This document shows positions 62,299-64,000 of a stretch of DNA of 64,000 nt, piece by piece. The position numbers were made by a program, and so were the translations under genes. The stretch is taken from positions 64,001 through 128,000 of IMG/VR virus record IMGVR_UViG_3300030616_000506; one strand, 5' to 3'. The DNA comes from a virus. Under the pieces are notes generated by a model. That model did no database searches. It was not told the origin of the DNA and saw only the letters and a program-made list of their open reading frames with translations. Numbering within the stretch: the stretch's first letter is position 1; each line of letters begins with the position of its first letter.

Positions 62299-63639
62299 TT
62301 AATTTCTTTTTGGTAATTCTATCACTTGTCCATAAGGAAAATCTTTAGAATCTGCTCTCCAATGTCCAGCTACTACCCATAAGACAGGCATATTAACTTG
62401 ACTTTTAGGAGGAAATGATGTATAACCATCCGTAAAGGCTATAACAAATTTAGATTGAGGTTTATTCTTATTAATCCAATCAAATACGGGAATGTGGCTA
62501 GTGCCTCCTCCTCCCTTAAGATTCTTACCTATTCTCTCAACTACTTCAGATGCTTGAGCATTTCTCATGGGATGAATACCATTTACTTGACAATCACAAT
62601 CTATTACCGTTAAATCAACATTCTTAAAACTATTACATATACTAGATATTTCAGATATAAATTCTGCTAATTCTTTTTGACTTATACTTCCTGATGTATC
62701 TACTGCTACCATTACATCTATACTTTCCCTAACAGTATCAGGTAGATATATTCCTGTGCTATAACTTCTTTTAGATGGTTTAGCCCAAGTAAAATCTATA
62801 GGAATTTGATTTGTTATATATCTATAAAGTAATCCTTTCCAATCAATATAAGTTTCCATTAATTGTCCAACTACTCTCTCCATACCTGCTGGTAAATCTC
62901 CTCTTTGCCTAGCATAAGTGCAAGCATCTACTAAAGTCTTTTTCCAATCAACTTGTTTATCAGATATCTTCTTACCATTCTTATTACCAGTTCCATTACA
63001 TTTAGGGCAATCCTTATCTCCTACCTTACCTGTTCCATTACAGTTATCACACTTACCATTTTTCTTTTTATCACCTTTACCATCACCATTACCATAGATA
63101 TGTTTATCAAAACCCTTAACACCATTCTTCTCTAGGTATTTCTTAATGGCTTTCATATCCTTTTTAATCTTTTTAGATAGTCCTCTATATAGTTTATCAT
63201 ATACTTCTTCAGATGTTTTCTCAGATGCTTTCTTAATAGTAATACCAAATATAGTTATCTCTCCATTATAGGGATTAATAGCATTTTCAGGTAAACTCAT
63301 ACCATCATCTAATAGCATAGAATTAATTACTGTATCTGATGCTATATTAAATAACTCGTGGTTTTTACCCTTACCTCTCTCTAAATGTTCTAATGCACAA
63401 TGCATTACTTCATGTGCCATTACTCCCTTTATCTGGTCATCTGTTAGTTTATTTATAAAATCTGAATTAAAATACAGATTACCATACATATCTACTCCTG
63501 CTGTTTCTATTTCAGGTTGCTCTATAAAGGTTAAGTGCATAGTTAAATAACTAAAGAAGGGTTTCTCTTTTTGTAATTGCACTCTAGCCCTTATAAGTTT
63601 TTCTTCTGCTGTTAAATCTAGGTTTAATATTCCACTCAT
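62299..63639 (-). CDS. DUF2201-type metallopeptidase-VWA protein with CxxCxGxG zinc-finger insert
   Basis: AHEVMH; CDNCNGTG and CPKCNGTG; MIDAS DTSGS, GGGGT, FTDG. Confidence 0.85.
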   Translation of the reverse strand: MSGILNLDLTAEEKLIRARVQLQKEKPFFSYLTMHLTFIEQPEIETAGVDMYGNLYFNSDFINKLTDDQIKGVMAHEVMHCALEHLERGKGKNHELFNIASDTVINSMLLDDGMSLPENAINPYNGEITIFGITIKKASEKTSEEVYDKLYRGLSKKIKKDMKAIKKYLEKNGVKGFDKHIYGNGDGKGDKKKNGKCDNCNGTGKVGDKDCPKCNGTGNKNGKKISDKQVDWKKTLVDACTYARQRGDLPAGMERVVGQLMETYIDWKGLLYRYITNQIPIDFTWAKPSKRSYSTGIYLPDTVRESIDVMVAVDTSGSISQKELAEFISEISSICNSFKNVDLTVIDCDCQVNGIHPMRNAQASEVVERIGKNLKGGGGTSHIPVFDWINKNKPQSKFVIAFTDGYTSFPPKSQVNMPVLWVVAGHWRADSKDFPYGQVIELPKRN

Positions 63640-63640
63640 A

Positions 63641-63847
63641 TTACAACTCCTCTATCATTATTTCCTCTCTTAATTTTTTAGTATCAAAATTTATAGCTAT
63701 ATACTTTGCTATACATTCATATATTTTACCTCTCCTTTCTATTACGGGATATGCTTCACAATAGTCATTTCTACAATCCTCTATCGTATTCCAATCTTCT
63801 ATTATATCTAGTAAATCATCTATCTTTTTCTCTATTTCTTTATTCAT
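63641..63847 (-). CDS. tagged small protein
   Basis: Ends EEIMIEEL-TAA. Confidence 0.6.
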   Translation of the reverse strand: MNKEIEKKIDDLLDIIEDWNTIEDCRNDYCEAYPVIERRGKIYECIAKYIAINFDTKKLREEIMIEEL

Positions 63848-64000
63848 ATTGCATACACCATAACTTCCTCTAAAGTTAATTGAAATATTTTATCATCACT
63901 ATATACAAGTAAATATGTATCAGGATTACCATTTTCATCTGCGTATATACATTGAAAGGAATATAGATTATCTACATCTAGAAATCTAATTACCTTACCA
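63844..64000 (-). CDS. tagged small protein (5' end outside window)
   Basis: Not in ORF track; manual translation ...SDDKIFQLTLEEVMVYAI-stop, ATGA overlap with 63641..63847. Confidence 0.6.
   Translation of the reverse strand, partial: GKVIRFLDVDNLYSFQCIYADENGNPDTYLLVYSDDKIFQLTLEEVMVYAI

Noticed and set aside
88-63135. All plus-strand ORFs in the track
   Set aside because: Each is antisense to a better-supported minus-strand gene and has the Ser/Ile/Phe-rich composition of a shadow ORF.
53151-64000. Tag fully explained by an SD core (ATG-GT) plus ATGA overlap
   Set aside because: May contribute to MV and the final L, but does not explain the invariant D/E at -8, persistence in TAA/TAG-ending genes, or absence from ATGA-coupled glycan genes. 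Kept as the null hypothesis to test.
1-64000. tRNA or rRNA genes, Borg-type tandem repeats, stop-codon reassignment
   Set aside because: None seen by eye; genes are full length in the standard code and intergenic gaps are too short. tRNAscan and Infernal were not run.

Overview
AT-rich, densely packed 64-kb segment in which every credible gene lies on the minus strand, many coupled by ATGA overlaps. Archaeal-type genes (PolB, fused PriS-PriL primase, ERCC4/XPF nuclease, RadA-like ATPase, DHH/RecJ-like nuclease, ribosomal protein eS17, TATA-type promoter) occur with virus-type accessory genes (class II RNR plus glutaredoxin, MazG, GP88, DenV-like glycosylase, COOH-NH2 ligase, homing endonucleases, DUF2201-VWA protein, dozens of tiny ORFs). 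This points to a large archaeal virus or similar extrachromosomal element; no capsid or terminase gene is in the window. Layout: 1-23.6 kb glycan biosynthesis island (decorated nonulosonic acid pathway, five radical SAM enzymes, split transketolase, heptose-type enzymes, glycosyltransferases); 24-38 kb nucleotide metabolism and accessory genes, including two caspase/gingipain-fold protease plus small-partner cassettes; 38-52 kb replication and recombination; 52-64 kb small early-type ORFs. The main unexplained signal is that about 25 otherwise divergent small ORFs end in the same stop-registered octapeptide, [DE]-x-h-[M/I/F]-[V/I]-x-x-[L/I]-COOH (for example DEVMVELL). It appears conserved at protein level and is concentrated in an array around a metallopeptidase-VWA (MIDAS) gene. 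This is a candidate undescribed C-terminal tag/adaptor system. All family calls come from motif recognition by eye; no database searches were run.
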